DNA of 25,000 nt from an uncultured virus (IMG/VR IMGVR_UViG_3300028897_000536) (lineage: Duplodnaviria > Heunggongvirae > Uroviricota > Caudoviricetes): the IMG/VR virus record IMGVR_UViG_3300028897_000536; one strand, given 5' to 3'. The position numbers and the translations under genes were made by a program. Positions 1 to 9,329 of this stretch are shown piece after piece (the stretch's first letter is position 1; the number at the start of each line of letters is the position of its first letter). The notes beneath the pieces are model-generated. The model worked only from the letters and a program-made list of their open reading frames with translations. It was not told where the DNA came from and made no database searches.

Positions 1-3000
1 TTCTATTGTTTTACTTCCTATTTTTTTACCTGCAGTAACTGCTAAATCATCTACTAATTCTCCGTCTTCTATTAACTCGCTTCTAGATTGTTCAGCTTTA
101 TATATTCTTACTATAAGATCTCCAACATTACTTCCTCTTTTTTTCAAAGGAAGTACTAATTTTGTTAAATTTCCTGAAGAAACTGCGGTAAAAGATTGAC
201 TGCGTAGATAATCAGAACTTGTCGGTAATGAAAAACTTGAAGTTCCTCCTGAACTTGAGACATCTAAACTATCATTTATATATACTTCAAAATCAAAATC
301 AAATGAATCAGAGGAAGATCTATCTGTTCCATCTATTTTTGTATAAGTTACGATTCCTCCAGCATAATCGCCTGGATTTTTAAATCTTATTTGATAATTC
401 AAAGAAACTCTATTAATTGATGTAAAAGAAATTGTATATTTTTCTCCTGCTACTATAGTAGGAGGATTATCAAATATAACCTCTATATCTGAATAATCGG
501 TACCTATTTCAGATTCTAAAAATGTCTTTTGTGCTAGTAAAGAACCTATACTAGGAAAATCATTAGTTACTAGAGCTCCTTGTAATTTAGTAATGTTTCG
601 TAAAAGTTTATTTTGTCCAATAGTAATCGTACTAGAATTTAAATATGTTTCTTCACCTAAATTACTATAAGCTTCATTTAAAGCGTGAACTTGACTGTTT
701 CTTGCATAAATTCCATATTTTGGGGTATATATTCCTAATGTTTCATCATTAAAATTAAAAGCCGATATTATATTTATAAAATTATCAGAAATATCGGAGC
801 TATAAACGTAAATAGATTTAATATTTGAAACAAGAGAATCTGCTATAGTGCCAAAATGAACATCTTCTAAACTACATTTACTATTATTAATTGCATATAA
901 ACAGCTATTTTCTAAACCTATTATATTCATTTTTTTAAGTGCTAATCCAAAAGAATTAGACAGATAAATAGGAGCATATCCTGCTCCTATAATATAAGGG
1001 GGATTTTGACTGCTACTAGATTTACCTTGAATAAAGAATTCTTCTCCCATGAAATCTGTTATGCTTATATTTTCGACATATATTCCCTGTTCTAATTGTA
1101 AAGATCCTTTAGGATTAAAATCTTTTTGTATAATACTCATAGCTTTGTTTATAGAAGCAAATGGTAAAGTTGAAGTTCCATCGTTATTATCAGATATTCC
1201 ATTTACTTCAAAAGACCATTGATCATCTACAGTATGTCCTGTATCTGCACTAAATTTTACAAATACATCATCTTCTAATTCTATATATCCGCTACCTGTT
1301 ATTTGTTCCATGAGTTCTAATTCATAAATTTGTACTCTAGTTTCATATATATCATCTTCACTTTCCATATATATTCTATAATATCTATATGAAATATCAT
1401 TATTAATATCATATATATTACCTAATACTGTATATGTATAGTTACTATATTCAGGTGTAATTATTTTAAGTGTTGTCCAATCGCTATCATTATTAGAACC
1501 TTGAATTAAAGCTCTTTTAATTCCGCTTTGTTTAATCTTTAATCTTTTAACTATTTTTTCGTTACCTTCTCCTAAATCATATTTCCACCAATAAGGAGCT
1601 GTTGTTTGATAATTAGCAAAATACCAATAACTTGCAAAGTTTCTATCTACTGGATTATCTACATATGTAGATAATCCATAACTAGCAGTAGGAGTTCCTC
1701 CTGTTGCTATATTTTGATATCCTACTATTTCTTTTTCTTCGCTCCATTCGCCATCGTCAACTTTATATCTTATTTTATCACCTTCTCCAGATGCTACTGA
1801 AGATATTTTTACAGTAAAAGTATGTAATCCTTCACCTGTAAAGCCTGCTATACCCCAAGGAAGTGCTACACTAGAAGCATCAAGATCATTTAATCCTAAT
1901 CCTGTAAATGTAATTGTACTAGGATCGGGAATTCTTGATTTTAAATAAAAAGTTGCTTTTGATATAGAAGCTACATTTTCTACATCTATTTCATTATCTC
2001 CGCCTTCGTCAAGTTTAGTATCTGTATTTTGAGTATGTTTTTTAGAGACAGAATCTTCATAATCAGCTTTGTTTAAAGATCCTCCTCCCTTAAAGGTAAT
2101 AGAATCATCTTTTAAATTAATAATACTATGATCGTTCATATCAAGATCGGCTTCTTGAGCACCTAAAGTAGTATCTGTTCCTTGAGTATGTTTTTTATCT
2201 ATAGCATCATCTATATCGCTAGCTACTGTACCTGAAGCTAAATCTAATTGATCTACTGTTACATCATGAGGATTATCAGTTCTTACATCATGATCTCCAT
2301 CACTAACTAAATCTAATTCTGATTTACTACGGATATCCGAAGCGTGTGTTTCGTAAGAACGATCAACACCGATTCTATCAGGATCGTAACGTCCTGTATT
2401 AAGGATAACTCCTCCGTTACTTACTACTTTTGAAATATCTCCAAAAGAGCTATTGTTATGTGTAAGAATACCTCCTGAACTACTATAAAGTCCTCTTCCT
2501 ACTTTTTTAGAATCATAATTATTACCCATATCTACATAAACATGAGAATTAGTATCAGAAGATACTCCTATAGTATTATTATTGTCATTATCAGCAAAAT
2601 CACAACGATAGACTCTAACTAAACTATTAAATTTAGCACTAACGCATGCTTTATCATCTGCTGTTACTCTCATTGATAAATAACTAATCCAAACTGGAAT
2701 AAAACAATTATCAATAGTAAAAATATCATTCTCGTTAGTAATTAATACATTATCAGGATTGCCAGAACCTTTAATTAATAATTTACAGTCATTTGCATCT
2801 GTAGCTGAAGAAAATCCTTTAATATTGATAGCTTCATTATAATTAAGACTATTTGATAATATTATTTGTACTTGATATCTTAATATTTTAGGAAGTAAGT
2901 CTATTGCATGTTGAACTGTAGCAAAAGGGGTTTCGCTACTTCCGTCTCCTGTTTCATCGCTACCAGTATCACAATTAATATAATAAATAACTTCTGTTAT

Positions 3001-3489
3001 ACTTCCAGCTTTAACTATTTCACTAGCATCTATTTCATTGGCTCCTCCTTCATCTAACTTTGTATCTGTATTTTGGACATGCTCTTTAGATATAGCATCT
3101 GCTATATCTTCTTCTGTTTGTGTATAAGTATCTAATAGAGCTTTATTATCATGAGTATGGCTATCTTCTATAGTCTCTTTAATATCTTCATTAGCTTGAT
3201 CATAACTATCTAATAATGATTTATTATCATGTTCGTGAGCTTTAGAAATAGCATCTGTGGTATCTAAATTAGGTACATTGCCTAATCCTACTTGATCTTT
3301 AGTTACTTCATGAGGGTTAGCTTTATCGTCTATATGATCTCTAGCTTCTTCGGCAGTTACTTGATGTGTTCCATCATCTAATTGTTCTGCTTTATCAATA
3401 ATATCATCTCTATCTATATCTTTACCTCCTCTAACAATATCAATTAAATTTAATTCAACATGAATAATTTCTTTATCATATATACTCAT
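1..3489 (-). CDS. Large modular tail fibre / receptor-binding protein (3' end beyond window, >1163 aa)
   Basis: Manual translation from ATG at 3489 (SD GGAGG upstream) is open to position 1. It contains fibre-type repeats (NPHEVTKDQVGLGNV, HEHDNKSLLD, KHTQNTDTKLDEGG x2), two DUF1565-like 'G.D..DG....PFA.I..A' beta-helix caps and an F5/8-type-C/discoidin-like module (WWKYDLG, IQGSNNDSDWTTL, YRYYRI). Confidence 0.85.
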   Translation of the reverse strand, partial: MSIYDKEIIHVELNLIDIVRGGKDIDRDDIIDKAEQLDDGTHQVTAEEARDHIDDKANPHEVTKDQVGLGNVPNLDTTDAISKAHEHDNKSLLDSYDQANEDIKETIEDSHTHDNKALLDTYTQTEEDIADAISKEHVQNTDTKLDEGGANEIDASEIVKAGSITEVIYYINCDTGSDETGDGSSETPFATVQHAIDLLPKILRYQVQIILSNSLNYNEAINIKGFSSATDANDCKLLIKGSGNPDNVLITNENDIFTIDNCFIPVWISYLSMRVTADDKACVSAKFNSLVRVYRCDFADNDNNNTIGVSSDTNSHVYVDMGNNYDSKKVGRGLYSSSGGILTHNNSSFGDISKVVSNGGVILNTGRYDPDRIGVDRSYETHASDIRSKSELDLVSDGDHDVRTDNPHDVTVDQLDLASGTVASDIDDAIDKKHTQGTDTTLGAQEADLDMNDHSIINLKDDSITFKGGGSLNKADYEDSVSKKHTQNTDTKLDEGGDNEIDVENVASISKATFYLKSRIPDPSTITFTGLGLNDLDASSVALPWGIAGFTGEGLHTFTVKISSVASGEGDKIRYKVDDGEWSEEKEIVGYQNIATGGTPTASYGLSTYVDNPVDRNFASYWYFANYQTTAPYWWKYDLGEGNEKIVKRLKIKQSGIKRALIQGSNNDSDWTTLKIITPEYSNYTYTVLGNIYDINNDISYRYYRIYMESEDDIYETRVQIYELELMEQITGSGYIELEDDVFVKFSADTGHTVDDQWSFEVNGISDNNDGTSTLPFASINKAMSIIQKDFNPKGSLQLEQGIYVENISITDFMGEEFFIQGKSSSSQNPPYIIGAGYAPIYLSNSFGLALKKMNIIGLENSCLYAINNSKCSLEDVHFGTIADSLVSNIKSIYVYSSDISDNFINIISAFNFNDETLGIYTPKYGIYARNSQVHALNEAYSNLGEETYLNSSTITIGQNKLLRNITKLQGALVTNDFPSIGSLLAQKTFLESEIGTDYSDIEVIFDNPPTIVAGEKYTISFTSINRVSLNYQIRFKNPGDYAGGIVTYTKIDGTDRSSSDSFDFDFEVYINDSLDVSSSGGTSSFSLPTSSDYLRSQSFTAVSSGNLTKLVLPLKKRGSNVGDLIVRIYKAEQSRSELIEDGELVDDLAVTAGKKIGSKTIE

Positions 3490-3503
3490 TATTATTCCTC
3501 CGA

Positions 3504-3854
3504 TTAATCTCTATTTTGTATTACAGCTCTTTTTACTAATAATTTTCCATATAAAATAACGCCTTCATTTCCTTCTGTATCTTTAAAATCTACAGTATAA
3601 TAATATTCTCTAGGTTCTATATCAGTATCTTCAGTTGATAAATTTATTAATGTCTTTCCACTAGTTGCTTCTTCATGATCCGAAATTTCTTTATGAATTT
3701 CTGCATTTTCATCTGTATCCGTTAAATATTTTTTTACTGTAAAATAAATTGTCCAATTTGTTATATCAAAAGCTACTCCGTTTTCTGTAACAATTATTTC
3801 TAATGTTTTAGTTGCTCCTTTAAATAATTCTAAATTTTTACAATTTGCTTCCAT
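3504..3854 (-). CDS. BppU-N-like Ig-fold virion/baseplate protein
   Basis: Pattern LFKGATKTLEIIVT..G.AFDIT.WTIYFTVK..G...I.LS..DT......YYY resembles BppU N-terminal-like domains; sits just before the fibre gene; SD AAGGAG. Confidence 0.6.
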   Translation of the reverse strand: MEANCKNLELFKGATKTLEIIVTENGVAFDITNWTIYFTVKKYLTDTDENAEIHKEISDHEEATSGKTLINLSTEDTDIEPREYYYTVDFKDTEGNEGVILYGKLLVKRAVIQNRD

Positions 3855-3868
3855 ACTATTTCTCCTTT

Positions 3869-4444
3869 TTAATAATCAATATTATCCCATTCGATAATAT
3901 CATTTACTCCTAAGCCTCTATCAAATTTCTTGATTAATTCTTCTATTCTTTTTTCTTTTGACATTTCTCTATTATATCTGACTGTTAAATTAGGTAAGCG
4001 ATATTCAGAATAATCTGGTTTAATAAGTAAAGATGCTACTATAGCCATTAAGTCAGTTGTTCTGTTATCTGGAGTGGGAACAATTTCAGTATTGTTTTCT
4101 AATTCGTAATCTTTACATTTGTCAGAAAAAATACTTAGCCAAACTAATGCCGATCTAATATAATCATTAAGTTCACTATCAGAATATTTATAATAAGTAA
4201 ATTTAACTGTAACTACATCGTTAGTTGTTAATCCTTCTACTGTAAGTTGTGCAGTATCAGCATCGAATGTATAACTTTGTCCGCTAGCTAATTCACTTCC
4301 ATTAATTTGCACGTCAAGGATACTTATTCCTTTATCTTCTGATAAAGAAAATATATTAGATATACTATATGTAAAAGCATCTGTTTTTGTGTTAGTTAGA
4401 TCTTCTGTTAAGGCTCTAATTTTAGTCTTTATTTCTGATAACAT
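3869..4444 (-). CDS. Head-tail adaptor/connector-like virion protein
   Basis: Position two genes after MCP; N-terminal LSEIKTKIRAL and 'YSDSELNDYI' motif typical of adaptor proteins. Confidence 0.5.
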   Translation of the reverse strand: MLSEIKTKIRALTEDLTNTKTDAFTYSISNIFSLSEDKGISILDVQINGSELASGQSYTFDADTAQLTVEGLTTNDVVTVKFTYYKYSDSELNDYIRSALVWLSIFSDKCKDYELENNTEIVPTPDNRTTDLMAIVASLLIKPDYSEYRLPNLTVRYNREMSKEKRIEELIKKFDRGLGVNDIIEWDNIDY

Positions 4445-4877
4445 TTTTATCTCCTTTACTTCTTTTCATTAGTAATAATTCTTTACCTCTATTTCCTCTA
4501 AAAATAAAATTATTATTCAAAAAAACATATCTTAATGGATTCACTTTCTTTAATTTACAATAAAGTTCAGTATCTATATTCCAGTTTATTATTTTTAATA
4601 ACTTATCAGCAGAATCTTCGTCTCTAGCTAATATTTTAACATATTTTCTTGAAGATTTATCAGAATAACCTGTAATAAGAGCTATTCCTTCTCTTCCATA
4701 TGCTATTTTATCTCCTTTATTTAAACAATCAAATAATAAATCAATATTTTCTTTAATAAAAAGACGTAAATTATTTCTTGTTATATAAAAATCGCCATAT
4801 AGATCTATTAGATCACTAAGTATTTCAGATATTTCTAATTTTTCTTTTTCTGTTAATTTTCCTTTAAAATTAATCAT
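4422..4877 (-). CDS. Hypothetical protein, possible degenerate GNAT-fold acetyltransferase
   Basis: C-terminal ADKLLK...LYCKLKKVNPLRYVFLNNNFIFRG resembles the GNAT motif-B region (N..A..FY.K.GF). Confidence 0.35.
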   Translation of the reverse strand: MINFKGKLTEKEKLEISEILSDLIDLYGDFYITRNNLRLFIKENIDLLFDCLNKGDKIAYGREGIALITGYSDKSSRKYVKILARDEDSADKLLKIINWNIDTELYCKLKKVNPLRYVFLNNNFIFRGNRGKELLLMKRSKGDKNVIRNKD

Positions 4878-4896
4878 ATTCTATTTTTTTTAAGAA

Positions 4897-4924
4897 CTAG
4901 GGAAGGGCTTTCGCCCCTCCCTAG
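4897..4924 (-). terminator. Stem-loop (likely intrinsic terminator/mRNA stabiliser) after the major capsid gene
   Basis: Minus strand CTAGGGAGGGGC-GAAA-GCCCTTCCCTAG followed by TTCTT, just after the MCP stop. Confidence 0.75.
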
Positions 4925-4938
4925 AATTTATTCACCTA

Positions 4939-5892
4939 TTAAAGAATCGATGTACAATCAGCGATACAAATTGCTTTCGGATTTGTAATACAGAAGATGA
5001 TTGATTCATAGCCGAAAACTCCAAAACCTAATGTATTGGTACCAGAAATTGGTACAGGTGTGTTAGAAACACATAAAGCTCTTTGAGCTCCGTCCACTTC
5101 TGCTCCCATTAAAGTAGCGACATCCGCAGGAATTCTACGTCTAACGAACTTAATCGGTTTTCCTTCAGCAATTCTTGAATTCTTAGCAACAAGAATCAAT
5201 TTTTTAGAATCCATTAACGCATCTTCAGTTTCTCCAGTATCGTCAGCGACTTTACCAAAGACTTTTACAACATCGATGCCTAACTCTTTTAACTTTGCTG
5301 GTAATGTAACATTGTAATTTAAAGAGGAAGCTTGTTCTTTGTCATATGTATCAATTTTTTCCTTAGCTGTTGATCCACAAAGAAGAACAAACTGATCACC
5401 GTAATCTTCAATCTTATGCTTCATAGCCATAATAACATCATAAATATCATCAGTAGATGCAGGTGTAACTTCTTCTGGATTTACTCCAGGAAGGTAATCT
5501 GCTGTCTTTGCTAAAATAGCATCAAGAATGATTTTTAACTCTCTTTTATCCATTCCTCTTGTAATAGAAGCTTTCCTTCTACCTAACACTTGCGTATCAG
5601 GACTAGAAAGTACAGCGTCTACCAAAACATACTCTAACTTCGAATTTAATCCTTTAAATGTAAGCTCTACATCGCTAAGAGGAGATCTTTTTTTCTCCGT
5701 AATAGCTCCGTTAGTGTCTACATCAAGAATAACATCTGCTGTGCTATCCATAGCACTATATCTCCAAACATGTTCTCCTGCTTCCGCAGTAAACGAGTCA
5801 GCGATAGCCTCAATTTCATAAGGCACAGGAAGTTGAGTGTTAATCGGCTCACCAATTAACTTTGCAATTTCAAGATTCAAATTCTCTTTCAT
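4939..5892 (-). CDS. Major capsid protein (HK97-fold, probable)
   Basis: ~317 aa directly after protease/scaffold, followed by a strong hairpin, C-terminal 'NPKAICIA' typical of HK97-fold MCPs. Start moved to ATG 5892 because GGAG lies 8 nt upstream. Confidence 0.8.
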   Translation of the reverse strand: MKENLNLEIAKLIGEPINTQLPVPYEIEAIADSFTAEAGEHVWRYSAMDSTADVILDVDTNGAITEKKRSPLSDVELTFKGLNSKLEYVLVDAVLSSPDTQVLGRRKASITRGMDKRELKIILDAILAKTADYLPGVNPEEVTPASTDDIYDVIMAMKHKIEDYGDQFVLLCGSTAKEKIDTYDKEQASSLNYNVTLPAKLKELGIDVVKVFGKVADDTGETEDALMDSKKLILVAKNSRIAEGKPIKFVRRRIPADVATLMGAEVDGAQRALCVSNTPVPISGTNTLGFGVFGYESIIFCITNPKAICIADCTSIL

Positions 5893-5994
5893 TGTTTTTA
5901 CTCCCAAATTTTTTTAATGGTTTATCTTAATACCTTTCTTCTTATGCCCTCTTTTATCTTTTTTTATCTTTGTCAAAGGCATATGAATTTATTT

Positions 5995-8034
5995 TTAATT
6001 TCTTTTTCTTTTTGTATCGAACGCAAAAGAATCAATTTCTTTTCTAAGATCTTTATAATATGAACTATCTCTTATTGTTGATTTATCTCCAATAACATCA
6101 CTTTGTTCTAATTCACTATTTGCTTTTTTAACTTTAGCTTTAATAAATAATTCATCATTAAGGATTTCTTCATCAGTCATTCCTTTGGCTAAATCCCCTA
6201 AATCTTTTTCTCTTTTAACAACTTCTTTAGCTTTTGCTTTTAGAAGTTCAACTTTTTTATCAGTTTCGCTTTTAACTTTTTCTAAATTTTCCTTAGCTTT
6301 TTCTAGGTCTTTCTGAATAGAAGTTACTTTTGTTTTTTCAGTTTCAAGCTCTTTCTTTAGATCTGTAATCTGTTTAATTGCATTTTCTAAAGGTGTTGGA
6401 GTTTCAATCTTCTCAACTTTTGTCTCTTCTATAGATGCTTTTTCGGCTTTTTCCTTATGTCTTTCAAGTAAATCCTTCATATTAAGCTCTTTAGCTCTTT
6501 GTAAGATTTTCTTTAGGACTGTTTTAGGACTAATACCTAAACTTCTTAATTCAGCTCTAGGTTTAGCCTGTGCTAATCTCGCTAAAGCATTTCTAACATG
6601 AGCTTCATCATTAATAGGATATTTCCTAATTTTTCTAATCTCACCAGTTTTTTTATTTTTTACCTTGATAACAACAGCGAACATGTCATCAGATAAAGAT
6701 TTTCTTTCCTGATATTTTAATCTTTTAGCTTCTTCAAGGTCTCCATACTCTTCATTAATACTAGCTGTTTCTATTTCATCGAAATTTTCTACATCAATAT
6801 ATCGATGAAATTTACTAAGTTCAACTTTAAACATCTTTATTTGTCCTCCTTCTTCAGATTTTGCAACTTTTACAGTATTTTCTTGATTTATTACCTCTTG
6901 TTTTTTTATCTCTTCTACTTTACTTATCTTTTTTGTTTTACTTAATTTATTTAAATCATATGTAAATTCTAATCCACACTTATTACATTTAATTGTTTTC
7001 GTATTCATAGTAGAAATAGCTTCAATTGGATGATTCTTTTTACATTGAGGACATATAGCTATTCCTGAATAGTAAAAATTAACTTTTTCTATTAACTGGT
7101 TTTTTTCTGCCTTCGAAAAATCTATATTAAATTGCTTCGAGCATCCTAAGCACTTAATTAATGACTTATCTTGTTCTCTTGATATAATTAGCCAATTATT
7201 AAGTTTACAAGAAGGACACAATAAATTAAAATCTTTTATTTGAGGAGGAAACTGCATAACTCCTTCGCTATTAAGAATTGCTTTACATTTAGGACATCTA
7301 ACTTTTATATCGATACCATTATAAGTAATTTGTTCGCTACAATTAGAGCATGTAATTATTTTCTGCATAATGATTTTTGGTCTAATTAATTCATCATCTT
7401 TATATTTCTTATATTCTTCCATAGCTCTAACTAATTCTTGAGGAAATTCTACTTTCTTCTTAGCCATTTCTAAAACTTTTGCTTTATCAAAAGCTGGTTT
7501 TTCTCCAAAAAGTAAAGCTCCGCCAGCTATCTCCATTTCATGTAATTCATAAGAACCATCTTCTTTATGAATTCTTTTATCATTAGGAGACCAAATTTCA
7601 AAACTAGTTCCTAATTCATTTTTCTTAAATAGTTCTTGAGCTTCTTCCCATAAATCAGCGAAATTACTTTTATAAAAAACTCCATAAGCTATAATCATAT
7701 TTTCTTTTGCTTTATATCTATAATCAATATAATGTCCTACAACATGATTTCTATTGTGATTAACACTAATAGGTTTTCCTATTAATTGAGGCAAAACTCT
7801 CAATAATTCTTGTTTAGGAAGAATAGCTCCATTTGCATTTGGTTTATCTGTAAAAGCATAAATCGTTTTAAAAACTGCTAGATCTCTAGAATTTTTAATA
7901 CTATAATGTCTAGCTTCACAAATAGCTTCTAATTCTTTCTTTTCTTTACCTTCTTCTAAAATTTGAGTTTCTGATCTTTCTGCAAAATCACTCAAAAAAT
8001 CACTTGCCTGTAAATTAGTTAAAAAAGTTTGCAT
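5995..8034 (-). CDS. Prohead maturation protease fused to Zn ribbons and coiled-coil scaffold
   Basis: N-terminal protease motifs (N.NG, PISVNH, VVGH, GTSFEI, GGALL...PAF); six CxxC; 'RKYPINDEAHVRNALARL' module; Lys/Glu coiled-coil C-terminus; located before MCP. Confidence 0.8.
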   Translation of the reverse strand: MQTFLTNLQASDFLSDFAERSETQILEEGKEKKELEAICEARHYSIKNSRDLAVFKTIYAFTDKPNANGAILPKQELLRVLPQLIGKPISVNHNRNHVVGHYIDYRYKAKENMIIAYGVFYKSNFADLWEEAQELFKKNELGTSFEIWSPNDKRIHKEDGSYELHEMEIAGGALLFGEKPAFDKAKVLEMAKKKVEFPQELVRAMEEYKKYKDDELIRPKIIMQKIITCSNCSEQITYNGIDIKVRCPKCKAILNSEGVMQFPPQIKDFNLLCPSCKLNNWLIISREQDKSLIKCLGCSKQFNIDFSKAEKNQLIEKVNFYYSGIAICPQCKKNHPIEAISTMNTKTIKCNKCGLEFTYDLNKLSKTKKISKVEEIKKQEVINQENTVKVAKSEEGGQIKMFKVELSKFHRYIDVENFDEIETASINEEYGDLEEAKRLKYQERKSLSDDMFAVVIKVKNKKTGEIRKIRKYPINDEAHVRNALARLAQAKPRAELRSLGISPKTVLKKILQRAKELNMKDLLERHKEKAEKASIEETKVEKIETPTPLENAIKQITDLKKELETEKTKVTSIQKDLEKAKENLEKVKSETDKKVELLKAKAKEVVKREKDLGDLAKGMTDEEILNDELFIKAKVKKANSELEQSDVIGDKSTIRDSSYYKDLRKEIDSFAFDTKRKRN

Positions 8035-8038
8035 AATT

Positions 8039-8620
8039 TTATTCTCCTCCTAATAAATCTAACGCAACTAAAATTGGCGTTAAGTCCTTTTGACCTTTAA
8101 TTAAGGCTTCATTATTAATATTTATCTCTTTTATTCCAGCTAGTCTATTTGTTTTTTCTATATTAAAAAGTTTACTAGCTTTAATTGATTGTTCTAATTC
8201 TATCCCTACTTCTTTAGTTCCAAGAAGATTATAAATATCTGCTACTGTTAATTCTTTAACACCTAATAATCCAAAACTTTTATTTAATGAAAACGCTTTA
8301 CTTCCATATAAAATAAATAATTCTTCTAGTTTCTTTTCTAAAATTGCATTTAATATACATACAACTTCTAAAGGAACTTCTACTGTTCCTTTTATAATTC
8401 TTTCGACATCAACTTTAAATTCTTTAGTTCCTATTAAATTAAAAGTATATTCTAATTCAAAACTTTTTATACCTTTAATTGTAAAGAACTGATCGAAGGC
8501 GTATCCTTTGATTGTAGTTCCTATTTTTCTTTTATCTAATATACCTCTAGTAATTATAGCGATAGCTTTATTAAATCCAGAAATTCCTTTTGTAATTAAT
8601 GTTCTTCCTAATGGTCTCAT
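8039..8620 (-). CDS. Virion protein with ~10 tandem 14-residue beta repeats
   Basis: Periodic F/L-x-I/L-x-G-x-K pattern every 14 aa (FFTIKGIK, TFNLIGTK, ERIIKGTV, LFILYGSK, SFGLLGVK, IYNLLGTK, TNRLAGIK, EALIKGQK). Confidence 0.65.
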   Translation of the reverse strand: MRPLGRTLITKGISGFNKAIAIITRGILDKRKIGTTIKGYAFDQFFTIKGIKSFELEYTFNLIGTKEFKVDVERIIKGTVEVPLEVVCILNAILEKKLEELFILYGSKAFSLNKSFGLLGVKELTVADIYNLLGTKEVGIELEQSIKASKLFNIEKTNRLAGIKEININNEALIKGQKDLTPILVALDLLGGE

Positions 8621-9102
8621 ATTTTTTTCGTTTTATATCCTGTTAATCTACGTTTAGGATCGAATTCAGCTGTAACTAAATATTCTGCTATTGGATTTGT
8701 GTCATTTTCTACATCTTCAGCAGAAGGATATGTTTTTATTACTCCTGATATCATATTATTATGATTATCATAAATTGGATCTATAATTCTATAATTTTCA
8801 TGAACTAATCCTAAAATTCTCTTTAGTCTTTCATTAGGTTCTACTATATGACTCTTAATTTCAGAACCTGCAAAAGTATATCTTTCTGCATTAGTTAAAT
8901 CTGTTCCTCCATCACATCTGATAGCGTATTCTAAATCTTCGTCTCCATCAAATTCATATTTATACCAACCGTCTCCTAATTCTGACATACTAACTCCTTC
9001 AATAACTAAAGATCCAGTATCTACTCTTCTAATATTAATAGTAGGAGATAATCCTAATTTTGGATATCCGTTATCAGTAAAAAAAGAAATAATAGTTATC
9101 AT
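8617..9102 (-). CDS. Putative virion structural protein
   Basis: GLSPTINIRR...MSELGDGWYKYEF beta-rich motif; ATGA-coupled to both neighbours in the head operon. Confidence 0.6.
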   Translation of the reverse strand: MITIISFFTDNGYPKLGLSPTINIRRVDTGSLVIEGVSMSELGDGWYKYEFDGDEDLEYAIRCDGGTDLTNAERYTFAGSEIKSHIVEPNERLKRILGLVHENYRIIDPIYDNHNNMISGVIKTYPSAEDVENDTNPIAEYLVTAEFDPKRRLTGYKTKKI

Positions 9103-9329
9103 TTTGCTGGACTTACCTCTATATAATTAATTACTGTTTTATCTAATAACTCTAATTCTGATTCTTCAGGATCTAAAGCTATAAAAATTTGTTTACGATA
9201 AGCAATATCTCCTGCTTTAATCAGCCATTTATAACTACATCCTTTATTATCTGATGATTTTAATAATAAAGAATTAGCTACATAATCTGAATTTTCTGCT
9301 ATACTAATTAATAAATCTGATACTTTCAT
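9099..9329 (-). CDS. Hypothetical protein
   Basis: 76-aa ORF overlapping neighbours (TAATG and ATGA junctions). Confidence 0.65.
   Translation of the reverse strand: MKVSDLLISIAENSDYVANSLLLKSSDNKGCSYKWLIKAGDIAYRKQIFIALDPEESELELLDKTVINYIEVSPAK

Noticed and set aside
1990..3090. DGR template/variable repeat pair in the fibre gene
   Set aside because: The duplicated segments are in-frame protein linkers whose differences are not adenine-specific; no reverse transcriptase in the window.
5528..5821. Plus-strand 97-aa ORF
   Set aside because: Antisense shadow of the major capsid gene, with no SD or recognisable motif.
5943..5983. Dedicated MCP promoter (minus-strand TTGACA inside a TATGCC/GGCATA inverted repeat)
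   Set aside because: No acceptable -10 at 16-18 bp; the 6-bp stem is too weak to call.
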